62,054 bases of DNA from a virus (Duplodnaviria; Caudoviricetes): IMG/VR virus record IMGVR_UViG_3300020430_000015, positions 1 through 62,054 of that record, one strand, 5' to 3'. Numbering within the stretch: position 1 is the stretch's first letter; each line of letters starts with the position of its first letter. Under the pieces are notes generated by a model that was given only the letters and a program-made list of their open reading frames with translations, had not been told where the DNA came from and made no database searches. The position numbers were made by a program, and so were the translations under genes. This document shows positions 17,814-30,300 of the stretch, piece after piece.

Positions 17814-20800
17814 ATGGCATCTACAGATAGACAAAATAGATTATTGTTAGCAGAAGATTGGACTAGAATATACCAATCTTATAAAAATGCAGAATTTAAA
17901 AGTTACGACTTTGATACTATCCGTAGAACGATGATTCAATATATCAGGTCCAATTATCCTGAAGATTTCAATGATTATATTGAATCATCTGAGTATCTTG
18001 CACTAATTGATTTAATTGCTTTTTTAGGACAAAATATTTCATTTAGAACGGATTTGAATGCAAGAGAGAATTTTATAGATTTAGCCAGCCGACGTGAAAG
18101 TGTATTACGTTTAGCAAGATTAATTAGTTACAATGTTACAAGAAACCAAGCAGGTAATGGTTTACTGAAAATCACAAGTATCGCGACAACAGAAAATATA
18201 ATTGATAGTAATAATTTAAATCTTGCAAATCAAACTGTTTCTTGGAATGATTCAGGAAATTCAAATTGGTATGAGCAATTTATCAAAGTTTTAAATGCAG
18301 GATTAGGAGAAAATGAAAAGTTCGGCAAACCAATCAAATCAGCAAAAATAGATTCAATTCCAACTGCTCAATATAGATTTAATACAGCAACTTTAGATAC
18401 GCCTGTTTACACTTTTTCAAAAAGTATAGGCGGACAAAGTTTAGATTTTGAAATAGTATCAACAACATTTGATAATGAAAGTTTACAAGAACAAGCACCT
18501 AAAATAAGTGAACCATTAAGTTTTGTTCATAGAGATGATGGAAAAGGAAATTCCAGTCCTAACACAGGATTTTTCTGTCACTTTAGACAAGGTGTATTAG
18601 ACCAGGGAGACTTTACAATTACAAATCCTTCAAATAATGAAGCAGTTTCGATTGATGCAAGAAATATCAATAACACAGATGTTTGGCTATATTCCTTAAA
18701 TGAAGCCGGCACTGAAGATAAATTATGGACAAAAGTTGACAGTGTAGTTGGAAACAATGTAATATTTAATTCAACAGTCAAAGCAATTAAAGACATTTAC
18801 ACAGTTTTAAGTAGAGCAGAAGATAGAATACAATTAAAATTTGCTGATGGAGTGTTTGGAAATTTACCACAAGGCAATTTTAGAGTATATTATAGAACAA
18901 GTGCAAATCAAAATTTAAGAATGGTGCCTGATGATATGCAGAATATCGCTGTAGATATAGATTATATTTCGCAAAATAATCAATCTGAGACAATAACTTT
19001 AACATTAGGTTTACAATATACAGTTGATAATGCTACAACATCAGAATCCACAGAGAATATAAAAACTAATGCTCCGGCAACTTACTACACGCAAGGTAGA
19101 ATGGTGACTGCTGAAGATTACAATGTTGCTCCTTTAGGAACTAATCAGGAAATTATAAAAGTAAAAGCAATAAACAGAACAGCAAGTGGCATATCAAGAT
19201 ATTTTGATTTAATAGACGCAACTGGAAAATACAGTAACACAAATTTATTTGGCAATGATGGTGTAATTTATAAAGAAGAAAATGAAACTGTTGATAATTT
19301 TGATTTTACAACACAAACAGATATTGAAGCAGTCATTATAAACAAAATTGAACCTATGTTGGCTAACAAAAACGTAAGAAATTACTACATAGAAAAATTT
19401 CCAAAAATATTATTAACAGATTTAAATGCAACATGGGTGCAAACAAGTAAAGACACAAATTCATCTACAGGAAAATTTAATGATTCTGTGTCAGCAGTTG
19501 ATTATCAAGTAGGTGGATTTACAGCAAGTCAATTGAAATACATTGAACCTGGAGCAATGATTAAATTTGAAGCACCTGAAGGATTTCATTTCATGGCAAA
19601 TGACGAGCATGGTTTAATGCCAGGATTGCCTAATCATCCAAATGCGATTACGCACAAATGGACTGCTGTTGTCAGTGTTTTCAACGATGGCGCGACAGAT
19701 CCAGGTACAGGTGAAGGTCCTATTCAATTTAACGACATTATTCCAACGGGTGCTATTGCAACACAAATATTACCTAAATTTTCAAAACAATTATCAAATG
19801 ATGTAAAGACTTTAATTATTGATCAAACTTTTGCATACAATAATTTTGGATTAAGATACGATGTAGCAACTAGATCATGGCAAGTAATAGACGAAAATAA
19901 TTTAAATGTTTTTGGTTCTTTCAGCACAGGAAAAACTGGCGATGTAACAAATCAACAACTAGATTCAAGTTGGATTTTGCGTTTTACTAATAATGGTGCA
20001 ACTTACACAATGACAACAAGATCATTGCGTTATGTATTTGAAAGTAAAAGAGAAGTAAGATTTTTCTATGACAGTGTAGATAGAAATTTTAACATTGTAA
20101 CAGGAAAAACCTTGCAAGACAGAATATCTGTTTTATCTTTTAACACAAAACCAGATTCAAACGATTCATTCAATATTGATACTGACTTCAGTGTTGCAAC
20201 AGAATTTAGAACAGCACAAGGTTATATTGATAGTTCAAAACTTGAATTAACACATTTTGATTCCGATCAAGACGGAATCGTCGATAATCCAGATGCTTTT
20301 AACGATGTAGTGGCTCCAACGGTAAATGTAACATCTAAATATGTTTTCCAAAAATTAATTGATGGTCAAAACGGCACTCAAAGATATGCGTATGTTGATG
20401 CTTCAGAAGAAATGATTTATGTAAGACAAAGTTCTGTTGGTGCAATAGGCGATTATGTTGACGGTTCAATAGTCTATATTGTAGATACAGATTCTTTCAA
20501 AAAGATTAACACTACAACAAATACAACATCAGAAGAAACAAATTATATTGCTCATCTAGGAAGAGACAAAGTAAAATTTCAATACGTACACACAGTGGAT
20601 GGTAATACTAGATTAGATCCTAGTGTAACAAATATTATAGATATGTACGTGTTGACTAGAACTTATGATATCGATTTCAGACAATGGTTAGCAGGGGTAA
20701 CAGCCACTCCGCCACTGTTGCCAAGCAGTGATTCATTATACAATAATTTTAATGCTTCATTGGCAACAATGAAGTCTATTAGTGATACCTTAATATATCA

Positions 20801-21356
20801 CCCTGTAAAATACAAAGTGTTATTTGGCGAAAACGCAAGTGCTGATCTACAAGCCACTTTTAAAATAGTTAAAAACAGTGAAGAAGTTACCAACGATGCT
20901 GATATAAAAAGTAGAGTAATTTCTGCAATAAACGAATTTTTTGCTTTAGAAAATTGGAATTTCGGTGATACTTTTTTCTTTACAGAACTATCTGCTTTTG
21001 TCATGTTTGAATTGGCACCAGATATTTCGAACTTTATAATTGTTCCTAAAGCAGGTAATCAAAGTTTTGGAAGTTTGTTTGAAATAAGTTCAGAAAGCAA
21101 TGAAATCTTTATAAGTGGAGCAAAAGTTTCAGACATAGAAATAATAGATGCTGTAACAGCCGCACAAATTAAAGCCACAGGCATAGTGACAACAAGTTCT
21201 ACGTCTACGTCATCTTCATTAAGTGGAACACTTGCTTCTAGTTCGAGTGCATCAGGATCTACAAGTTCAGGTTCTAGTTCAGGTTCCGGCTCAGGATCTA
21301 GTTCAGGTTCCGGTTATAGTTCGGGAGGCTCTAGTGGAGGAGGCAGTGGGTATTAA
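17814..21356 (+). CDS. gp6: Baseplate wedge protein gp6-like
   Basis: DFNDYIESSE..ALIDLIA, ARENFIDLA.RRESVLRLARLISY, FADGVFG and RMVTAEDY motifs. Confidence 0.85.
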   Translation: MASTDRQNRLLLAEDWTRIYQSYKNAEFKSYDFDTIRRTMIQYIRSNYPEDFNDYIESSEYLALIDLIAFLGQNISFRTDLNARENFIDLASRRESVLRLARLISYNVTRNQAGNGLLKITSIATTENIIDSNNLNLANQTVSWNDSGNSNWYEQFIKVLNAGLGENEKFGKPIKSAKIDSIPTAQYRFNTATLDTPVYTFSKSIGGQSLDFEIVSTTFDNESLQEQAPKISEPLSFVHRDDGKGNSSPNTGFFCHFRQGVLDQGDFTITNPSNNEAVSIDARNINNTDVWLYSLNEAGTEDKLWTKVDSVVGNNVIFNSTVKAIKDIYTVLSRAEDRIQLKFADGVFGNLPQGNFRVYYRTSANQNLRMVPDDMQNIAVDIDYISQNNQSETITLTLGLQYTVDNATTSESTENIKTNAPATYYTQGRMVTAEDYNVAPLGTNQEIIKVKAINRTASGISRYFDLIDATGKYSNTNLFGNDGVIYKEENETVDNFDFTTQTDIEAVIINKIEPMLANKNVRNYYIEKFPKILLTDLNATWVQTSKDTNSSTGKFNDSVSAVDYQVGGFTASQLKYIEPGAMIKFEAPEGFHFMANDEHGLMPGLPNHPNAITHKWTAVVSVFNDGATDPGTGEGPIQFNDIIPTGAIATQILPKFSKQLSNDVKTLIIDQTFAYNNFGLRYDVATRSWQVIDENNLNVFGSFSTGKTGDVTNQQLDSSWILRFTNNGATYTMTTRSLRYVFESKREVRFFYDSVDRNFNIVTGKTLQDRISVLSFNTKPDSNDSFNIDTDFSVATEFRTAQGYIDSSKLELTHFDSDQDGIVDNPDAFNDVVAPTVNVTSKYVFQKLIDGQNGTQRYAYVDASEEMIYVRQSSVGAIGDYVDGSIVYIVDTDSFKKINTTTNTTSEETNYIAHLGRDKVKFQYVHTVDGNTRLDPSVTNIIDMYVLTRTYDIDFRQWLAGVTATPPLLPSSDSLYNNFNASLATMKSISDTLIYHPVKYKVLFGENASADLQATFKIVKNSEEVTNDADIKSRVISAINEFFALENWNFGDTFFFTELSAFVMFELAPDISNFIIVPKAGNQSFGSLFEISSESNEIFISGAKVSDIEIIDAVTAAQIKATGIVTTSSTSTSSSLSGTLASSSSASGSTSSGSSSGSGSGSSSGSGYSSGGSSGGGSGY
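21190..21353 (+). repeat. Ser/Gly low-complexity C-terminal tail of gp6 with a 24-nt-period repeat
   Basis: TCTAGTTCAGGTTCCGG at 21273-21289 and 21297-21313; protein ends ...SSGGSSGGGSGY. Confidence 0.8.
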
Positions 21357-24300
21357 TGGCATACGAAAACAAGAAAGAATTTCCAGTACCAGTAGGGTCT
21401 GAATCTAACAGAAGAAAATCTGCGGAGTTTCTTCCTAAATATTTTAGAACTTCAGCCAATCAGAAATTTTTAAACAGCACACTAGATCAGATGATATCCA
21501 GTGGTACACTGGAAAAAATTTCAGCATTTTATGGTAGAAAAAATACACAATCCTACAAAGCAGATGATTATTATGTAGAGGACATAAATGCTGATAGACA
21601 AAATTATCAATTTGAACCCGCAATTACCCAAACAGATGAATTAGGTAATGTAAACTTTTACAAAGATTATATTGATTATATCAATCAGGTAAAAAATTTA
21701 AATGGTTATGCAGATGATCATTCTAATTTAAATGCACAAGAATATTACACATGGTCACCAAAAATTAATTGGGACAAATTTATAAATTATAGAGAATATT
21801 TTTGGTTGCCGTATGGAGCCTCAACAGTTTCAGTAGCAGGTCAACAAAGATCAGTTGTTAGCACATATACAGTAACAAAAAGTGACCAAGGTGACAATTA
21901 TGCGTATCTCTTTACGCCAGATGGTAAAACTGTAAATCCAACATTAAAATTATACAAAGGTCAAACATACAAGTTTGATATATCAGCACAAGGACTTCCG
22001 TTTACAATTAAAACTGCAAGAAGTTCAAGTGATGATTTTATTTACAATGTAGGTGTAAGTCAACAAAAAGTTGAAAAAGGTATTGTAGAATTCACAGTTT
22101 CCGACACAGCACCAGACAAATTGTATTATGGAGCAAACAATGATATAAATGCCTGGGGACTTATAAAAATTTACACAATAGATGAAAATAGTGAATTAGA
22201 TGTTGCAAAAGAAATAATAGGTAAGAAATCATACACACTATCAGACGGCACAGAATTATCTAATGGCATGAAAATTAACTTCAAAGGCACGATTACTCCA
22301 ACAGAATACGCAGAAGGAGAATATTATGTTGAAGGAGTTGGTGATGCAATACAATTAATAAACGTACAAAATTTAGAAGTTGTGAGTTCATACACAGAAA
22401 ATACTCCAGTGCCTTTTGATACAACACAATTTGATACTGTCGGCTTTGGAACAGCGACATCATATGCATTAAACAAAGATTATGTTGTAATTAACAAAGC
22501 ATCGCCAGACAGAAATCCTTGGAGTAGACACAACAGATGGATTCACAAATCAGTAATTGAAGCCAGTGCAAAAGCAAATGGTCAGATTGCTAATGTTGAT
22601 CAATCATTAAGAGCAAGAAGACCTATAATAGAATTTGAAGCAGGGTTAAAGTTATTCAATTTTGGAACATCAAGCAAAGGAAATATAAATTTAATTGATA
22701 CTGTAACCACAGATGCAATGTCAGATGTTGAAGGGGCAGTTGGATATCACATTGATGGCGTAGAACTTACAAATGGTATGAAAGTGATGTTCACAGCAGA
22801 CACAGATCCACTTGTAAAAAATAAAATTTATGAAGTTAAATTTTTAGATTTTACTGAAAATAATATTACAACAAGACAAATTAGTTTAGTTGAAGTGACA
22901 GATGCAGACAGTTTAGAAAATGAAACGGTTTTAGTCACCCAAGGTACAAAAAACCAAGGCAAAATTTACTGGTACAACGGAACAAGTTGGCAACTTACTC
23001 AAGAAAAAACTAAAGTAAACCAAGCGCCAATGTTTGAACTTTTTGATGACAAAGGGATTAGTTACACAGATGCAACAAATTACAGCAACTCAAGTTTCCG
23101 AGGTAACAAAGTTTTTAGTTTCAAAGAAGGTCAAGGTGCTAACGACCCGGAACTAGGTTTTCCAATAAATTATCTTAATGTAAACAATATTGGTGATATT
23201 ACATTTGATTTTAATTTGGTCAATGACAGTTTTGTGTACGGTGACGACACACAAACAACAGTGAATACTGACACAGCATTTTTAAAAAAGTTTACTGATA
23301 GAACAACAAACAGTCTACAAAACGGTTGGGAAAAAGCAGATACTGAAAGTTATCAAAGAGTAGAAAGATTATACAATGTAACTGCAACACAAACAAACGA
23401 CTTTGCTGTTGATGTGTATGATAAAAGCGGAGATTTAAATGATTTAACTGTAAAAGTTTTTGTTAATAATCAAATTAAAAAAGAATTAACTGATTACACA
23501 ATTAATAGAATAAATTCTGTTGCTTTCATTAATTTTAATCAATCATTAACAGATGGTGATGTTGTTGTACTTAAAACATCTAGTGCGACAATAAAAAATA
23601 AAAACGGACATTATGAATTTCCTAACAATTTAGAAAGTAATACACTTAACAATAACATAAGTTCTTTTACTCTTGGACAAGTAACCGACCATGTAAAAAC
23701 AATTACAAATGAACTTTCAGGAATTGTAGGCGTTACTCCAGGTGCAAGTAATTTAAGAGATTTTCCAAATGCAACAAAATTTGGTAGGAAATTTTTACAA
23801 CATTCAGGACCACTCAGTCTTGCAATGTACACCTTACTAAGAAAAGATATTCATATAGTAAATTCTATTTCTTTCAGTCAAGAAGCATACTTAAGATTCA
23901 AGAGAGCATTTATAGAAAAAGCAACAAACTTAGGTTTCGATGGCAATGTAGATGTTGCAGTAGATAAAGTTTTAGAAGAAATTAATAAAAATTACACAGA
24001 GTCATCTGCATTTTTCCAAACAGATATGTTAGGTATTGGAGCATTTAAATCAACAACACATAAAGTTTTAGATACAAATAGTCAATTCTATGCAATATCA
24101 ACAAACTTTGATTTAAACAGTTTATCAATTAAAGCAATAAACGTGTATCACAATGGTGAACAACTAATACATGAACAAGATTATGTTTTCACAAATGGAT
24201 TTGTTAATGTTACTAAAACACTAACACTTGATGATGAAATTGTAATTAGAGAATTTGAAACATCAAATGGATCCTACATTCCAGCAACTCCAACTAAATT

Positions 24301-27300
24301 AGGTTTATATCCAAAATATATTCCACAAAAATATAGCGATACTACCTTAGTAAATCCTACAGATGTGTTACAAGGACACGACGGCAGTATTATAAAAGCA
24401 TATGGTGATTACAGAGATGATCTAATTTTAGAATTAGAAAAAAGAATATACAACAACATTAAGACAACCTACAATAGTGATTTGTTAGACTACAATGCTT
24501 TTATTCCGAAAGCAAATAGAACAAACTTGTTTAGTCATGATTCAATAAACACTGTATTGTTACAAAATTACAACGAATGGGCAACATTTATTGGAAATGA
24601 AGATTATACAGCAAACACATATCAGCAAGATTCTAATAGTTTAACTTGGAATTATTCTAATGCTATTTCACCAACAGGTGAAAAATTATTAGGACACTGG
24701 AGAGGTATATACAAAAATTTATTAGGTACTGATAGACCAAATATTACTCCATGGGAAATTATAGGCTTTACAGAAAAACCAAAATGGTGGGAAACTACTT
24801 ATGGTCCTGCTCCGTACACAAAAGAAAATCTAGTCTTATGGAAAGACATGGAGGCAGGAATAGTAAGGGAACCAAATAAAAAAATTGTTATACTAGACAA
24901 ATATAAAATATCTAACTTAACTTCTTATATTCCTGTAACAAGCACAGGAACAATCCGAAGTCCATTTGATAGTGGGTATGCTAGAGAAGTAGTTTTAAAC
25001 GCAACTAAATCAAAGTATTCATTTGGCGATCACAGTCCTGTTGAAAATGCATGGAGAAGAAGTTCTGATTATCCTTTTGCAATATTAAAAGCATTTTTAT
25101 TACACCAACCAGCAAAAGTAATTGGTATAGGTTGGGATACAAGTAGAGTTAAACGAAATGATGCAGGTCAAATTGTTTATTCAACTGGTTTAAGATTACA
25201 ACCTTCGGCGTTAGTATTTCCAAGTTCTATTTCAGAAAAAACAAAAATTTTAACTGCTGGACTGGTAAACTACATATATGATTTTGTTGAAGTTAATCTA
25301 ATCAATAGTTATGCAGATTATAAAGCAAAAATAAAAAACATTCAAGCACAAATAGGATTTAAAATAAGAGGCTTTAGTAATAAGGATAAATTTAAATTAG
25401 TTTTAGACAGTAAGTCTCCTACAAACACCGCAAATATTTTTGTACCTGAAGAAAATTATAAATTAATTTATAATACAAGTTCGGCTGTTGAACTCATAAC
25501 TTACAGTGCTTTAATTATTGAAAAAACAACATCTGGTTATCTTATTAAAGGTTACGATAAGAATAATCCTGTTATAAATTATTTTGCTCCAATTCCAATT
25601 ACTGCCGACCCAACAATCAATGTTGGTGGAGTAAGTGCATCTTTTGTAAATTGGGCAACAAATAAAAGATACGATGTCGGACAATATGTTAAATTTTCAA
25701 ACGAATTTTACGCAGTAGAAACACAACACGTTTCAGAAAGCACTTTCGATTTGTCTAAATTTGTAAAACTTGTTGAATTACCTATCGAAGGTGGAACAGT
25801 TGCACAATTAAGAAAGAAATTCAGCACAGATATTTCAACAGTTCCATATGGCACAACCTATGAAACTATTCAAGAAATAGTTGATATTATTTTAGGGTAC
25901 GGGGAATATCTTAAATCTAAAGGATTTAAATTTAATGATTTCGAAAGAAATTTAGAAAAGGTTTCTAATTGGCAATTATCGGTACGTGAATTTATGTACT
26001 GGACCACACAAAATTGGGACGCTGGTAGTGTGATTAGTTTGAGTCCATCTGCAGAAAGACTAGTGTTAGAAACGCCAAACGCAACTACTGATAATGTTTT
26101 AGATAATTTTTATTCCTATGGCGTGTTAAAAGAAGACGGAAATAATTTAGACAAAAATTTTGTGCGTGTTACAAGGGATAGAAATGTATTTGAATTACTA
26201 TTAAAAGAAACAATTAATGGAATATATTTCTGTAAAATTCCTGTTGTGCAAAAAGAAAATGTTTGTATTATAGATAACACAACAACATTTAATGATTTAA
26301 TTTTTGATCCTGCAAGTGGTTACAAACAAGATAGAATAAAAGTATTAGGATACCTGACTGAGTGGGACGGAAGTGGGGTGTCTCCTGGCTTTATATTTGA
26401 TGAAGCGAAAATACAAGAATGGGCACCATTCACAAAATATGCTATGAGTGATGTAGTAAAACACAAACAATTTTTTTACACTGCAAATAAAAAATTAAAA
26501 GCATCAGAAAAATTTAATGAAGAAGATTGGCGCAGATTAGATAATCGACCACAACCTTCTTTGTATGCAAACTTTGATTATAAGGCAAATCAATTTGGTG
26601 ATTTTTATGATTTAGATACAGATAATTTTGACACTGATCAACAGCGAATGGCTCAACACTTAATTGGTTATCAACCAAGAGAGTACTTAAGAAATATTAT
26701 AAATGATGATGTTGCTCAATACAAATTTTATCAAGGATACATTAGAGAAAAAGGAACATCAAATGCGTTGAGTAAATTATTTGACGCTCTAGCAAGTGCA
26801 GACAAAGAAAGTGTTGATTTTTATGAAGAATGGGGTATACGTAAAGGACAATATGGTGCATCGGATACTTTTGATGAAATAGAATATGTGCTAGATGAGT
26901 CAAAATTAAGATTGAATCCACAACCAATTGAATTGACAGACTTGAACACAGGAGCAGAAACTGATTTAGTATATAGAATACAATCAGGTGAGGTTTATCT
27001 AAAACCAGACAATTACAATCATAATCCGTTTCCTATAAAATATGACAAAAATACATACATCAAAACTGCAGGTCCAGTAAATCCTATTGATATATCTGTT
27101 ACAGTTGGAAGTTATGATGATTTATTAACAAGCACCACTCTGACAAACCTAAAAGACGGCCAATATGTGTGGGTAGGAAACTACAATAATTCTTGGAATG
27201 TGTTTAGATATTCTAACACAAATCAAACAATTACAAGTGTTGTTGCAGGTTCAAATGGAATTACAGTCACGACTTTAAACAATGCTGAAATGACAGTGGG

Positions 27301-30300
27301 AGAAATTTTTGTAGTAAATGCAAATGGATCAGATTATGTGCTAAAATGTAAATCAGTATCTTTAAATTCAATTGTGTGTGAACCTAAAACAGGATTCCAA
27401 TCTATCACCACAGCAGTTGGATTTATTAGAAGACTTGTTACAAGTCGTGTGTCTGACATTGCAGAAATAAATCAACGAATTGTAGACCAAGGATTAAAGG
27501 ATAATGAAAAATTCTGGGTAGACCAAAGTAATGATGGTAAATGGAAAATTGTAAACAATAAATTTGTCTTCAAACAGCATGACACAGTAAGTTCAACGAC
27601 AGACTCAGGTGATGTAAGTTTTGGTCAAGTTTTATCAGCAAACAAAAATAACACAATACTATTAGTCGGACAACCAGATGAAAATGATGGACAGATCTAT
27701 GTATTCAGTAGAGGAACTGAAAGTGCTACACTAAGATTGATACAAATAATTCAATCTCCAACAGTTGATCCTATCTATCAACAAACGGATTTATTTGGTC
27801 CTAACAGTAAATTTGGTAAGGCAATGGAAATTTCACCAGAGGGTGATTATATATTAGTTGGTGCTCCAGATGCCAGCAATCTAAAAACAGAATACAAAGG
27901 ACAATTTGTTGATACACAGAATTATGCAACAGGAAATATTGTACAATACAAAAAACAACTATGGAGAGCAACAAATCAAATAATTGGTGCAGATCCATCA
28001 GTGGACTTTTCAACTTTTGATGCCGCTGGTTTCTACAATGAAGCAACTAATTCAGCAATCACAAACCTTTTAATAGGTGATGCTGTACACCCAGGCACAA
28101 CAACGAATCACCTTTTAGTTAGAGCAAGTGCTGATCAATACAACGGCACAAAAATTGGTGACAAATTGTATATGAAATATTTAGGATTCACATCTGATTA
28201 CAATCAAGACAGAAACAATTACATGAAGGATCCGAAAGCACCGTTCGGAGAGGATATTAATCAATCAACACTACTAGGTGAACTTTTCTCTTTCAATGCT
28301 GTTCCGATAGTAGAAAAAATTGATGAAATATTGAAAGTGGATTTGACTCTGACTGATCCTGTAGTCGGCAATGTGCTTACAACAGACACAGCACAAGGGA
28401 CAGTGGTATATGTAAACAAAGTTGGAACAAAAACTCTTATCTATTTGAAAGATGTGCAAGGTATATTTTCTAATTCAGACTCAATAAACTTTGGCAATTT
28501 AGAAATAGGTGCTTATGATAGAGTAATATCAGAAGATTACAACTACTTAGGTGGTTGGTGGAGAGTTGATTTTCCAACAGCAGTGTCTACAGACTTGGGT
28601 GCAGATACATCTAATCATCTAGTAATATACGATATCATAAGACAAAATATAACAAGAATTGAAAACCATTTTTTCAATTCAGTGGAATATCCATGGATGC
28701 CTATCTCACCAATGAGTCCAGTTTACGGTGCAGAATTTGGAATGGTATCTTATGCTCAGAGTTATTACATTGATCAAAGCACAAACAGTTGGCAGGCAAA
28801 CGGGTCGCCAGTTAGTGTATTGAGCAACAAATATTTTATTAGAACAGACGTGCAGACAAGTTATCATGCAATGGGCAAACAAGCAGGTGACCAAATAAAT
28901 GTTTGGTTTAACACTGTATCTAACAACAGATACACTTTCCCAGGATTGAATATTTCTAATGCTGACACAAATGGATTGAAAACAATTAGTGATGTTTGGG
29001 AAGGCTATGTTGATGTTGATTCTCAACCGGACAACAATGCAAACTTCTATGTTCCAACGGTTGGTGACATTGTAAGATGTGATACTACCTACACACAAAC
29101 AGGAGGCTTTGGCGGAGAAGGAACAGTGGCGGCAATACAATACACAGGATTGCAAAAATATAGATTATGGATTAAAGACTTATCAGGTAATGGTATGCCA
29201 TTTGTGCAAGGTTCCAATGCAGGCTTCAATGGCACAATTACAGTGGTAGGCACACCAAACAGATTGTTAGGTAACATTGAACAAACAGCATTCACTGACA
29301 GTAATTTGCCTGGAACCATTGGTAATTTATTAGTGTTTGAACACACAGCACCTATCAATTTCTCAGGCACAATTACAGAATACTTTGGTAGAGATATTGA
29401 ATATTGGACTTGGGATGAACTGACATTGGACGGCATCAATGTCTCTGCAAACACACCAAGCAGTGTCAACAGAGATTGGAAACAAGTTTACAATATTCCA
29501 ATAGGAGAAGGTGTACAGAGTGCGTTTACAAATCAAGGATGTTTCCTTGTGTACGAAAAAGAAACGAACGGACAGTTTTCATTTGCCGGAGGTTACAGCA
29601 TACCTGATTCTGCAACAGGATTAAGATTTGGATCAAGAATTAAAATTAGAACTGTGGGTAATGAAACAGTGGCTTATGTGGGAGCAGAAGGTGATAACAC
29701 AACAAATTTACCAGGCAAAATTTATTTTATAGAAAACAGTGCTACTAAAAATTGGTGGTTAGGTATTGATCCTCAATATAGAGGTTTGTTTGATGCCACA
29801 GTATCATATCAGACAGGTGAACTAGTGGTGTATAACAATCAATTATACAAAGCAACAACCAACATGGTCCCGCAACCTTTTTATGATTACAATTGGCAAT
29901 TACAAAATACTCATACAGATTTCCTAGGTTACATACCAAATGATTCAGGAATTGAATTAGAAAATGACAGCACTTTAGATCAAAATAACATGGTGCAGTT
30001 TGGAAATAGATTTGATATTGATACAAATGGTAATAATATTATTGCAAATGTATTGTACTCAAATGACAGTCAAAAAATAATTGTTTACAGATTGCATGAC
30101 AATCATTACTCATACAAACAAACAATTACTGCACCAGATGATTCAGGACCAACAATTAATTTTGGTGCCGATATCAGTATTAGTGGTGATGGTCAATTAA
30201 TTGCTATTGGGTCTCCTTTAAAAGACTTTACAGATATAGATATGGGTGCTGTTTATGTTTACAAGAAAGCAACAGATGATTCAGGCTTATATGCACTAAC

